From positions 1-50,805 of the IMG/VR virus record IMGVR_UViG_3300009528_000005: a stretch of 50,805 nt of DNA; one strand, written 5' to 3'. This stretch comes from a virus (lineage: Duplodnaviria; Caudoviricetes). Below the pieces are notes generated by a model that was not told the origin of the DNA, searched no databases, and saw nothing but the letters and a program-made list of their open reading frames with translations. The position numbers and the translations under genes were made by a program. Of this stretch, positions 16,759 through 25,639 are shown in pieces; the stretch's first letter is position 1, and each line of letters opens with the position of its first letter.

Positions 16759-16971
16759 ATGGATCTCCATGAGTGGGTGACATGCTATCAGGACATCATG
16801 CTGAACGAGTTAATAGCCCCATCCCATCCCTGTGACACCTGTGTCTGCTATCTATGCTGTATTGACAAGCCGGACAGGATAGCAGCCTGTGACCTGATTA
16901 AGGAGTCCCACGGCCAGGGCGAGAAGGGGGGCCGGGGGAGGGGGTTTGGCGAAGGAGACGATATTAATTAG
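16759..16971 (+). CDS. Cys-rich hypothetical protein
   Basis: ORF track. Confidence 0.45.
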   Translation: MDLHEWVTCYQDIMLNELIAPSHPCDTCVCYLCCIDKPDRIAACDLIKESHGQGEKGGRGRGFGEGDDIN

Positions 16972-16991
16972 GGAGTCAGGGAGTGTCTGAC

Positions 16992-17273
16992 ATGAAAAAA
17001 GCAACCAAGCTTGCCATATTTTTAATTTTATTTTTTCTATGTTCCATTCCCACTATAGCCAGAGATTCTGTAATCGAGTATTATTGTCCTAAATGCAACA
17101 GCACGAACATTGAGCAGAAGTGTTTATACGAGCCTAGGGTAGAGAGGCGTTCGATAGACGAGTTAGCCAAGTCGACCGGGATTGTTATGGAAGATTTGGT
17201 ATGTCGTTGGCACAATTACGAGGCCAGGTGTTTGGATTGCGGTTATGTGGTTAAGTTTACGAGGCCGTATTAG
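16992..17273 (+). CDS. Signal-peptide + Zn-ribbon protein
   Basis: Hydrophobic N-terminus, CPKC...CLDC. Confidence 0.65.
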   Translation: MKKATKLAIFLILFFLCSIPTIARDSVIEYYCPKCNSTNIEQKCLYEPRVERRSIDELAKSTGIVMEDLVCRWHNYEARCLDCGYVVKFTRPY

Positions 17274-17282
17274 GTTTGGGGA

Positions 17283-17477
17283 ATGCCTGATATTTCTAAG
17301 AAGACAGTTATAGAAAACAAGCAATTCATCGAACTTGTACTGCAGTTGCTACCGAAGGAGCCTTGGGTCAGATTTGGTTTAGGGTCGGGGATAGAGGAAA
17401 CGGCGGAGGTCAGGCATTATCTTGATGAGCTTGCGGTTAAGATATGCAACGAAATAGATTTACCGTGGAGTGCCTGA
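17283..17477 (+). CDS. Hypothetical protein
   Basis: ORF track. Confidence 0.6.
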   Translation: MPDISKKTVIENKQFIELVLQLLPKEPWVRFGLGSGIEETAEVRHYLDELAVKICNEIDLPWSA

Positions 17478-17512
17478 CATTTTTACAATTTTTTCTATAA
17501 AGGAGCGGGGGG

Positions 17513-18010
17513 ATGCTTGTTAATGTAGCCCTGAATGTGCCTGTAGTGCATATAGGGCGCGATCTGATTATAGCCAAGGATGGGGCTATCTTGGAGTCCG
17601 GTGATCTGTGGTCCAGGGATGCGTATAATATGGTCTACAGCGTGGACAAGGGCCACTATCCGAGCAATCTGACGGACGGCAGGGAGGATACCAGGGCTTA
17701 TCCCGCTCATTGGTATTTCGATTATATCGTGGACTTAGGTAGGGTATACGAGATTCAGGAGATCAAGTTGGTCTGGGGGGAGTATGCTGACCCCAAATAT
17801 GTCACAAATTGGAATTTGTATAAGCAGGAGGCATTGGGTAATAATTGGAACAGGGCTTGGTCTGGTGGTGAACCCTGTTCTGAACATACCTTAGAGATGG
17901 ATATTACAGCTATGCGACTCCGGGTAAGCGCTGAGAGTGTGAGGGACGGCAAGGTGCTGAACTGGATCGGCATATACGGGCTTGAGGCTTGGGCCGAGGA
18001 GTTGGCATGA
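17513..18010 (+). CDS. Discoidin (F5/8 type C)-like domain protein
   Basis: NVALN, NLTDG, YIVDLGRVYEIQEIKLVW, LRV, LEAW. Confidence 0.7.
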   Translation: MLVNVALNVPVVHIGRDLIIAKDGAILESGDLWSRDAYNMVYSVDKGHYPSNLTDGREDTRAYPAHWYFDYIVDLGRVYEIQEIKLVWGEYADPKYVTNWNLYKQEALGNNWNRAWSGGEPCSEHTLEMDITAMRLRVSAESVRDGKVLNWIGIYGLEAWAEELA

Positions 18011-18231
18011 AAACGGTTTATGCGGGTTCATTAACCCATGATGAATTAATGGCTTTGCCGGAGACCGAGACCGTCAAGCGTGTGGGTGGGAAGGCGATTC
18101 GGTGTCAAAGGGGTGGTATAGGCGAGTTTTTGGGGCTGACATGGGACCGGGACGGTTGTACTTGGCAGATTTCTCGCAGTGACGGGCGGCTTTATAGGAC
18201 GAGATCATGGTTGCTCGATAATGTTTTTTAG
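18007..18231 (+). CDS. Hypothetical protein (MKTVYAGS...)
   Basis: GAGGAG SD, ATGA coupling. Confidence 0.6.
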   Translation: MKTVYAGSLTHDELMALPETETVKRVGGKAIRCQRGGIGEFLGLTWDRDGCTWQISRSDGRLYRTRSWLLDNVF

Positions 18232-18243
18232 TTTTTGAGGAAG

Positions 18244-18396
18244 ATGAAACTCAAGACCTCTGATCGCTTAAAGCGGTTGATAATATTCATCAAGGATTGT
18301 GTGAGGAACAAGTACACGGGTCAGCTTTGAATTGATTTCACTCAGGGTTGTCCGGCGGACATCTTCAGGCCACAGAGGGACGCGGTGAAGTTTTAA
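18244..18396 (+). pseudogene. Small beta-hairpin protein (YTGQL*IDFTQG) with in-frame TGA at 18328; nonsense mutation or Sec readthrough
   Basis: GAGGA SD; protein-like pattern continues through the TGA. Confidence 0.55.
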
Positions 18397-18558
18397 CTGA
18401 AGATATTAAACTAGAGAAATCTAAGTAGGATTATAAATTCTAACATAGGGTACTTATAAATCTGAGGGACTTGAGATTGCGGAGATTGATTATGGTTTGG
18501 ATGACCAAGCGGGAGGTTCAGGAGAAGGTGAGCTTGTAGAGGTTGTGGGCCAAAGGAG

Positions 18559-18693
18559 ATGAGGGCTTTGTTTGTAAAAGCAAAATCAGTGTTAAGTGAA
18601 AGAAAAGAAATTAGTTTTGCAAGGTTTCTAGCAGGTGCCTTAGTTGGATGGATTTTTGGGTTTTTTTTAGGTATGATATGGTTTATTGGCTAA
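18559..18693 (+). CDS. Small membrane protein, 44 aa
   Basis: AAGGAG SD; C-terminal TM; translated by hand. Confidence 0.5.
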   Translation: MRALFVKAKSVLSERKEISFARFLAGALVGWIFGFFLGMIWFIG

Positions 18694-18948
18694 CCCATAG
18701 GAGATAAGGCGGGGTTTTCATAATGATTTGTTTCGATTAATAAAGGAGAAAGGAAGTGGACGCAAAGATTGTATATAAATTTGAGGATGTTTTATGCCAG
18801 GTTTTGCTATCTGAAATTAGAAAGCAAATTGGATGGGAACATGGGATACCTGATAATGTTCTGCATTTTAGTTATCCAGAAGCAAGAATTGTGAGTATTG
18901 AAATAATACCATAAACAAACGCGGTGAAGTTTTAAAGGAGTAAAGGAG

Positions 18949-19362
18949 ATGGAATTAAGTAGGCGTTCTTTTTTAAAGAGTGCTGGTGTATTGGCAGTAG
19001 CTCCACTTGCGGTTAAGGTGGGATTGGTTGAGAAACTATCTGCTGATATTAAAGTTATAGAACCTATTAATTGCTGGAATGGGATAAAGGCAAGGTATCT
19101 GGGTAGAGTGCCAGTCGCACATCCGACCAAGTGGGACAAAAATGGTGAACCTATAAAATGGGATGTGTATGAAGCTGACAGATACCATCTTAGTAAGAAG
19201 ACAAGTACTAAGTCCTATCCGTTTACCATTTGTGAGGCATATGCCGAGATAGATGCTAATCTGGTTGATGCTGTACCAAAAGGTATGCGAGCAGATTGGA
19301 TAGTGGCAGAGCTTAGTGCTTATGCTGAGGGCATACAGGATCATATTAAGTACAATTTATAA
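18949..19362 (+). CDS. Twin-arginine signal protein fused to a major-capsid-like fragment
   Basis: SRRSFLK; CEAYAEIDANLVDAVP...AELSAYAEGI resembles MCP LETYSEIDVELINNAP...AEARSFLEGL. Confidence 0.75.
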   Translation: MELSRRSFLKSAGVLAVAPLAVKVGLVEKLSADIKVIEPINCWNGIKARYLGRVPVAHPTKWDKNGEPIKWDVYEADRYHLSKKTSTKSYPFTICEAYAEIDANLVDAVPKGMRADWIVAELSAYAEGIQDHIKYNL

Positions 19363-19366
19363 TACA

Positions 19367-19475
19367 TAGGGTACTTGATAACGTAGCCTACGCTACGGAT
19401 TATTAGGCCCGATTGAGAGCATGGGGGCTGTTCTACACCAGTTCCCACCATGGATATGCTCTTGGTCGGGCTTTT
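19367..19475 (+). ncRNA. Conserved TAGGGT leader/terminator RNA, copy 1
   Basis: Two hairpins plus U-tract; stems shared with 46615-46697. Confidence 0.75.
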
Positions 19476-19491
19476 GTCGTTATGGGGGAAG

Positions 19492-19611
19492 ATGCGAAAG
19501 GGGCGCACGATATATCATTGTCACGGGAAGAAGAAGGGTAAAAAACTTCGTACTTATAAAAGCGTGGCAGCGGCAAAGAGGGCGCATAAAGGAATGAGGC
19601 GAAAGAGGTAG
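19492..19611 (+). CDS. Highly basic 39 aa peptide (MRKGRTIYHCHG...)
   Basis: Fills the gap before terL; translated by hand. Confidence 0.55.
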   Translation: MRKGRTIYHCHGKKKGKKLRTYKSVAAAKRAHKGMRRKR

Positions 19612-19617
19612 GGCTGA

Positions 19618-21249
19618 ATGTACTTAGTGGAGCACGCTAACCGACAGGTAGCAGAAGAGCATTATAGGGAAGTCCTAATTAAGGCCAAGACCATCAGCGA
19701 TGCTGAGGCCAAGGCTGTGATGGCTGAATTGGGAAGAAGGGACTTGTACTACCTGATGACCCGCATTCTCTGCTACGAGGATTCTGGCGATCCCAAGAAA
19801 CCACGCCCTAATTTCTATATGCGCTTGCCTCCAAAATTCAAAGATTGGTTGTTTGAGCGGTGCAAGATGGTGCGGAATGCTCCAAATGGGTACTTGGATC
19901 TATGGGCTAGGGAGCATTTCAAAAGTTCCATAATCACATTCGCCCTGACCATTCAAGACATTATCAACGATCCCGAAATGACCTTCGGGATTTTCTCGTT
20001 TACCAGACCGACTGCCAAGGTGTTTCTGAAGCGGATTAAGTGGGAGCTGGAAGAGAATATTGTTTTAAAAGAGCTGTACCCCGATATTTTCTATGCCAAT
20101 CCGCAGAAGGATTCCCCAAAGTGGTCAGAGGACGAGGGATTGATCGTTAAGCGTAAAGGGAACCCAATGGAATGTACGGTTGAGGCGTGGGGTTTTTTCG
20201 AGGGGGTTCCCGCTGGCCGGCACTTTACCGTTAGGGTGTATGACGATCTCATTACAGAAAAATTTGTTACCAATCCCGATATGATTAGACGAGCGATAGA
20301 GCAATGGGATTTAAGCCTATTCTTGGGTCAAGCCATTCCCAATAAAATGTATGGCGAGGCTGATATAGAGCGGTACTCCGGCACCCGTTACCACGACAAC
20401 GATCCCTACCGTGAGATTATATCCCGTGACGTTACGAAACCGAGATTTTTTCCGGGCACCCACAACGGCAAGGCTGATGGCAAGCCCGTGATGTGGGACG
20501 AAGAGACCCTAGAGAGGAAGCGCAAGAAATATGGCCGATTCTCGTTCGCCTGTCAGATTTTGCAAGATCCACGGATTGAGGGAGTCATGGCTTTTGATCC
20601 AGGCGATTTAATGCACTACTCAAGTCAGGATTGGCGGGAGATGAATATTTACTTACTCTGCGATCCCGCAAACTCCCTAAAGAAGGAAAGCGATTATACT
20701 GTAATGCTAGTAATTGGATTAGGAGTTGACCGGAATTATTATCTGATTGATGGCATTAGGGAGAGAATCGGTTTAACCGATAGAGCACATAGGTTTATTG
20801 ATTTTTACATGAAGTATTTTCCAATAAGTGTTGGATATGAGAAATATGGCAAAGATAGTGATATTGACCACATAGAGTATATTCAAAATGAGCGGAATAG
20901 GCGATTTGTAATTACTCCTCTTGGTGGACGGTTGGGCCAAGACGATAGAATTGCTAAATTAATACCATTATTTGAATCCCACAGATTTTATATTCCTCTA
21001 CAGATTATGTTTATAGACAATGAAGACCGGCAACATAATCTTGTAACTGAGTTCATAGAGGAGGAATACAAACGATGGCCTGTTTGCATACATAGAGATA
21101 TTTTAGATTGTATGTCGAGAATAATAGACGATCCCTCATCTAAGCCTGAAAGACGGCTGGGGGCGGTGTTTCCTATACCGATAGAGAACATACTTGGGAG
21201 TAAAAGCCTTGAAATCGCAGAAACGGAATATGACTACTTCAACACGTAA
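19618..21249 (+). CDS. terL: Terminase large subunit
   Basis: AREHFKS Walker A variant, GRH/VYDD Walker B, GTRY, nuclease CDPA...SDYT...D..D. Confidence 0.93.
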   Translation: MYLVEHANRQVAEEHYREVLIKAKTISDAEAKAVMAELGRRDLYYLMTRILCYEDSGDPKKPRPNFYMRLPPKFKDWLFERCKMVRNAPNGYLDLWAREHFKSSIITFALTIQDIINDPEMTFGIFSFTRPTAKVFLKRIKWELEENIVLKELYPDIFYANPQKDSPKWSEDEGLIVKRKGNPMECTVEAWGFFEGVPAGRHFTVRVYDDLITEKFVTNPDMIRRAIEQWDLSLFLGQAIPNKMYGEADIERYSGTRYHDNDPYREIISRDVTKPRFFPGTHNGKADGKPVMWDEETLERKRKKYGRFSFACQILQDPRIEGVMAFDPGDLMHYSSQDWREMNIYLLCDPANSLKKESDYTVMLVIGLGVDRNYYLIDGIRERIGLTDRAHRFIDFYMKYFPISVGYEKYGKDSDIDHIEYIQNERNRRFVITPLGGRLGQDDRIAKLIPLFESHRFYIPLQIMFIDNEDRQHNLVTEFIEEEYKRWPVCIHRDILDCMSRIIDDPSSKPERRLGAVFPIPIENILGSKSLEIAETEYDYFNT

Positions 21250-21403
21250 GAAGAAAAAAAAGGAGCGAAGAAATAACCCTGGTCGCTACAAGCCGGAGTT
21301 CTCGTACTGGGTGAAGAAACCCCAGAGGAAGATTCTTGAGCAGTTTGAGGAAGACGAGCGCAATTCAGTCGCAGCGACAGGATACGATATGTTTAACACT
21401 TAA
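21230..21403 (+). CDS. Small protein ending in a copy of the TerL C-terminal motif
   Basis: VAATGYDMFNT vs TerL IAETEYDYFNT. Confidence 0.55.
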   Translation: MTTSTRKKKKKERRNNPGRYKPEFSYWVKKPQRKILEQFEEDERNSVAATGYDMFNT

Positions 21404-21437
21404 TCAAAGGACAATGAAAATACAGGAGGCCAGAGGA

Positions 21438-22244
21438 ATGAGAAACAAAGTTTTAATTTTTATGGTAACGGCTATCGCCCTGTTTTGCTTAACTGGTCAA
21501 GCGATGGCCGAGTTTGAACTGAGTCCGTGGAAGAACAAAAGCGGAACGCTTGGCAGTGAGGGCAGGGTGTGGCGATATGCCACGGCTGAGACTGCTCAAC
21601 TTGATTATGCTACCGTTGAGAAGGCGTTTAAGTCAACCACGGCTGCCGAGTTTACGGGGGCATTTACAGCAACGGATTTAATTAGCGCGGAAGACATTGA
21701 TGATCCTGTGCGGAGTTTTACTATCCCGCTGAGCGAATTTACTATTGTAGGTGCTAGTGGACCGTTGGCTGCTGCCGACAGGGGTACTTCTACTCCTGGG
21801 TTTACTGAACAAAATGGACTCCCTGCAATTTGTTATGGGTCGCCACAAATTGGTAGTACAAGTTCGCATCTAATCGCGGGGTTTGCTATTCCAGATGCAT
21901 ATTATTCCAGTTTGGGGTTCCGCGTTTGGGCTTCTCAGGACAATTGGCAAGAGGCTTCTCCCAATACCATTGATTGGTCTATCTGGGTAAATACCGATGC
22001 TGAAGTTTTTGATGCGGCTTCTACTCCGCAAACGGGAGTAGCATTGGCTTCGGGTTCTCAGGGTTCTCCGACATCGACCCCGGATATTATTGCTCTGGTG
22101 GTGGATGGTACGGGGTTGGGTCAACTAGGTGCGGCCAAGCAATGTTATTTAGAAATATGGGCTGAATATCCGGCTGGTCAAGCAGGAAACACGCGGCTTT
22201 ATATATATGGAGGAATAGAGATCTATTACACGGCAACGCAGTAA
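21438..22244 (+). CDS. Signal-peptide protein with tail-fibre-like N-terminal motif
   Basis: MRNK + hydrophobic + AMA cleavage; ELSPWKNKSGTLG paralogous to 45853. Confidence 0.75.
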   Translation: MRNKVLIFMVTAIALFCLTGQAMAEFELSPWKNKSGTLGSEGRVWRYATAETAQLDYATVEKAFKSTTAAEFTGAFTATDLISAEDIDDPVRSFTIPLSEFTIVGASGPLAAADRGTSTPGFTEQNGLPAICYGSPQIGSTSSHLIAGFAIPDAYYSSLGFRVWASQDNWQEASPNTIDWSIWVNTDAEVFDAASTPQTGVALASGSQGSPTSTPDIIALVVDGTGLGQLGAAKQCYLEIWAEYPAGQAGNTRLYIYGGIEIYYTATQ

Positions 22245-22290
22245 AAATGGCTTAGTTGCTCTAATTGCCGTATCGCTGGTAATTGCGTGT

Positions 22291-23403
22291 GTGTGGCGCA
22301 TACCCGTGCCGTTCGGCCAGGTAAGACTCAGCCTTCAAATACTTTTTGAGGCTGTAACAATTCTGTGTCTTGCGGGTTTCGTGTACCAGCGGGTGAATAA
22401 GTGGTGGGGACTGTTTCTTGGATTAACCCTAGTATCACTATTCATACCATTTTACACAAAAGAGTCGTTCTTATCATATTATGCGATTGTTATAGCGACT
22501 CTCTGGTATGCGCTAATTGTTTTAACTGTAGATAAAGATGGTTGTCAGCATCTTATGGATGCCATCTGTGTAATTGCTCTTTTTCATGTGTTTTTTCAGA
22601 TAATGCAGATTGTTGGCTGTGACCCGATGTTTGTAGACAAGGACGGCTTGCGAAACAAAGCCCCTCTTGGTCTTATGAGCAACTTGAACGAAACTGCGGC
22701 CTTGCTTGCGTTCTGCGCCCCGGCGTTTTTAAGACGGGGCTATCGCAAGGGCTTGATTGTAATTGTGGCGGGACTAGTCATGGCTAAGGTTACAATGGGG
22801 CTACTTGCCGCGCTTGCGGGAGCTATGTTTTATCTGTGCGTTGTCAGCCGTAAGGTTTGGTTGTTGGCGTATATTCCTGCTGGTGCCGTGGTTGCCGTTG
22901 CTTACTTTGTCTGGGTTGATATGCCGGGGGTTGAGCGCTGGAAGGTTTGGCAGACGGCATACGGGATGTTCAAGGAGCATTGGCTATTCGGGAGCGGGAT
23001 TGGCCACTGGAAGATGGTCGTGAATTTCCCGATACACGGCGTTCGTTGGAAAACGGCGCATTGCGAATATATCCAGGGCTTGTTTGAGATGGGCATATTC
23101 TTTCCCGTGATTATGTTCGGTTATTTTGCGGATGTAATAAGACGGGCATGGGGGCATACAAGAAACCTGATAATCCCTTTAACGGCTCTTGTGGTTATTG
23201 CAGCCAATTGCACAGCTAATTTTTGTATGCACATAGCTCCCACGGCTATGATAGCGGTCACATGGCTGGCAATTTTGCAGGTTGAATTGAATTTAAAGGA
23301 TAGGCAAGATGACGAAACAATTTTATATCGAGCAAGACCAAAGCGTAAAAGTAGCCGTCTTCGACAGAATCGTAAATCATCTAGTAATCGCTCAAGGCGA
23401 TAG
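22291..23403 (+). CDS. O-antigen ligase / O-oligosaccharyltransferase-like membrane protein (frame open from 22219)
   Basis: Many TMs; GLMSNLN, R...W...GSGIG, AHCEYIQGLFEMG. Confidence 0.82.
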   Translation: MWRIPVPFGQVRLSLQILFEAVTILCLAGFVYQRVNKWWGLFLGLTLVSLFIPFYTKESFLSYYAIVIATLWYALIVLTVDKDGCQHLMDAICVIALFHVFFQIMQIVGCDPMFVDKDGLRNKAPLGLMSNLNETAALLAFCAPAFLRRGYRKGLIVIVAGLVMAKVTMGLLAALAGAMFYLCVVSRKVWLLAYIPAGAVVAVAYFVWVDMPGVERWKVWQTAYGMFKEHWLFGSGIGHWKMVVNFPIHGVRWKTAHCEYIQGLFEMGIFFPVIMFGYFADVIRRAWGHTRNLIIPLTALVVIAANCTANFCMHIAPTAMIAVTWLAILQVELNLKDRQDDETILYRARPKRKSSRLRQNRKSSSNRSRR

Positions 23404-23485
23404 ACGGTTGCGGGAACAACTAAGAACGAAGATTGCCCTAAAGCGCATCAAGCAATGGTGCTTAGAGGCAAGCTTGCGAGAATAG
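23309..23485 (+). CDS. Hypothetical protein, 58 aa (MTKQFYIEQD...)
   Basis: AAGGA SD; translated by hand; overlaps the ligase-like 3' end. Confidence 0.5.
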   Translation: MTKQFYIEQDQSVKVAVFDRIVNHLVIAQGDRRLREQLRTKIALKRIKQWCLEASLRE

Positions 23486-23495
23486 GAGGATAATC

Positions 23496-23708
23496 ATGGG
23501 TTTTCTTGGAGGAGGAACAGCGCTACCGCCACCGCCGCCAACACCGCCACCGCCGCCAACGATGGAAGACCCAGCGGTTAAAAAAGCGCGGGAGGACGGG
23601 CGTAGGCGATTGCGACTACGCAAGGGCAGAGCGGCTACGATACTGACCGGACCACAGGGAGTTCCAGGGCAAGCTCCGGTGCAGAGAAAAACCCTGTTAG
23701 GACAATAA
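23496..23708 (+). CDS. Pro-rich small virion-associated protein preceding portal
   Basis: poly-P...GRAATILTG...KTLLG; conserved position in BPP-1-like phages. Confidence 0.8.
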   Translation: MGFLGGGTALPPPPPTPPPPPTMEDPAVKKAREDGRRRLRLRKGRAATILTGPQGVPGQAPVQRKTLLGQ

Positions 23709-23709
23709 A

Positions 23710-25383
23710 ATGGCTGAAGCCGATAAAAAAAGTAAGGGTCAAAAAATAATCGAGAGAAACAAGCATCTTGAAGATGACAGGCAAAGCTGGCTAACCCATT
23801 GGCAGAACATTAAAAGTTATGTTTTACCGAGGCACGGCAGGTTTATTTCAGTTGGCGCGCAAGCGAATCAGGGAATAGATAGGCATACAAAGATTTTTGA
23901 CTCAACCGCAATTAAGGCGATTAAGGTGCTTGCTGCTGGTATGCAGGGGGGTTTGACTTCTCCTGCAAGACCGTGGTTCAGGCTTGGCTTTGAAGATGTG
24001 GAGTTGATGACGTTTGGCCCGGTCAAGGATTGGGTAGATATGGTTGAGCGGGTTATATATGGGGTTTATGCTCGTAGCAATCTCTATTCTGCCATACACA
24101 GTGTTTACAGGGAGTTGGCGGGATTTGATACGGCCTGTCTGTTCATAGATGAAGACCCTATTAATTTTATCAGACTCAGGGTTTTCACTGCTGGAGAATA
24201 TTGTCTTGCTCTAGACAAGAGGGGCGAACTCGATACCGCTTATTTCCGATTTTGGATGCAGGTGCGGCAGGTTGTTCAAAAGTTTGGTTTAGATAGAGTG
24301 AGTGATGTTGTGAAGCGAGTTTATGAAAATAAACCCTATGAGTTTATTCAGATTGTTCATGCCATACAACCACGTAAAGACAGAGAACCGGGCAAGTTGG
24401 ATAATCTTGGTATGCCTTGGGAGTCTGTCTATGTTGAGTATGCTAATCCGAAAGAAACGCTTGAGATAAGTGGGTATAATGAACTTCCCGTTGCGGGACC
24501 GCGCTGGGATATCGTTGGTTCGGATGTTTACGGCACGGGGGTTGGCAGGGATGCCCTGGCACCCACGATGATGCTTCAGGAATTGCAGAAGTCCAGTATC
24601 AAGGCCATACATAAAGAGATTGAGCCGCCAATGCGGGTGCCAAGTAATTATAATCGAAAACTGAAGATGTTTCCGGCAGCGGTTAATAAAATTGACGTGA
24701 ACCAGAACGATGCCGTATCGAAGTTGTTTGACTTTGATTTCGATATAGCTTCGACAGAAGCGAAAATTATAAATGTTCAAAATGAAATAAAAGAGATTTT
24801 TTATAATGACCTGTTTCGGTTGATAGCCGATGCGGGAGCGGGTTCCGAGAAGATGACAGCTACAGAGGTTCTTGAAAAGAAGGAAGAGAAATTAATACTT
24901 CTCGGTCCCGTGATTGAGCGACAAATCCACGAATTGCTTGATCCCTTAATTGACCGAACATTTGCTATCGGTATGCGTAATCGCTGGTTTCCACCTCCGC
25001 CGCTTGAGATACAAGGCATGGACTTAAAGATTGAATATATCAGTCTGCTTGCTCAGGCGCAAAAACTTGCAGTTATAAACACGATTGATTCGATGGTGGG
25101 TTTTGTAGGTAATGTGACTGAATTATATCCAGATGCTCCTGATAAAATTGATATAGACAAGGCTATTGACGAAAGGGCGGAAGCGATTGGATCGCCCTCC
25201 AGGATAATTCGTCCTGACAATGTTGTTGAGGAGATGAGACGGGCGAGATCTAAGGTGCTTGAAGCGCAAGAAGCTATGGAGGGTGTTGCTGAAGCGGCTC
25301 AGGTAGCAAAGACATTATCAGAAGCCGATCTGGGGAAAGACAGCGCGCTTAAAAAAGTAACGGAAGTGGTAACGGGGGATTAG
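23710..25383 (+). CDS. Portal (head-tail connector, T7 gp8/BPP-1-like)
   Basis: GLTSPARPWFRL, RW...YGxG, MTATEV, LGPV.ER, EYIS.LAQAQK. Confidence 0.93.
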   Translation: MAEADKKSKGQKIIERNKHLEDDRQSWLTHWQNIKSYVLPRHGRFISVGAQANQGIDRHTKIFDSTAIKAIKVLAAGMQGGLTSPARPWFRLGFEDVELMTFGPVKDWVDMVERVIYGVYARSNLYSAIHSVYRELAGFDTACLFIDEDPINFIRLRVFTAGEYCLALDKRGELDTAYFRFWMQVRQVVQKFGLDRVSDVVKRVYENKPYEFIQIVHAIQPRKDREPGKLDNLGMPWESVYVEYANPKETLEISGYNELPVAGPRWDIVGSDVYGTGVGRDALAPTMMLQELQKSSIKAIHKEIEPPMRVPSNYNRKLKMFPAAVNKIDVNQNDAVSKLFDFDFDIASTEAKIINVQNEIKEIFYNDLFRLIADAGAGSEKMTATEVLEKKEEKLILLGPVIERQIHELLDPLIDRTFAIGMRNRWFPPPPLEIQGMDLKIEYISLLAQAQKLAVINTIDSMVGFVGNVTELYPDAPDKIDIDKAIDERAEAIGSPSRIIRPDNVVEEMRRARSKVLEAQEAMEGVAEAAQVAKTLSEADLGKDSALKKVTEVVTGD

Positions 25384-25637
25384 TGTCCATTGTAATAAAC
25401 AGATTGCGTGATTGCCCGACATGTGGCGGGCTAATGGAAATAACGAAGTTTACAGAGAAAAACATACATTCGGGGAAACCTATTGTGGTGTTCGTGGGTT
25501 ATTGCAAGAAGGGTTTGTCTGGGTGTGAATTTCTGGAGATGGACTTGGATGTGCAAGATTGGGATACGGCGGTTGAGGTTTTGAATCGGGAAGTCGAGAG
25601 GCGGTATTTTCAAATCTATGGTATTTATAGGAATTAG
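25383..25637 (+). CDS. Zn-ribbon hypothetical protein
   Basis: CPTCG...C...C. Confidence 0.6.
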   Translation: MSIVINRLRDCPTCGGLMEITKFTEKNIHSGKPIVVFVGYCKKGLSGCEFLEMDLDVQDWDTAVEVLNREVERRYFQIYGIYRN

Positions 25638-25639
25638 TC

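Noticed and set aside
23522-23561. Tandem CCGCCACCGCCGCCAAC repeat as a phase-variation tract
   Set aside because: In-frame poly-proline coding typical of the pre-portal protein.
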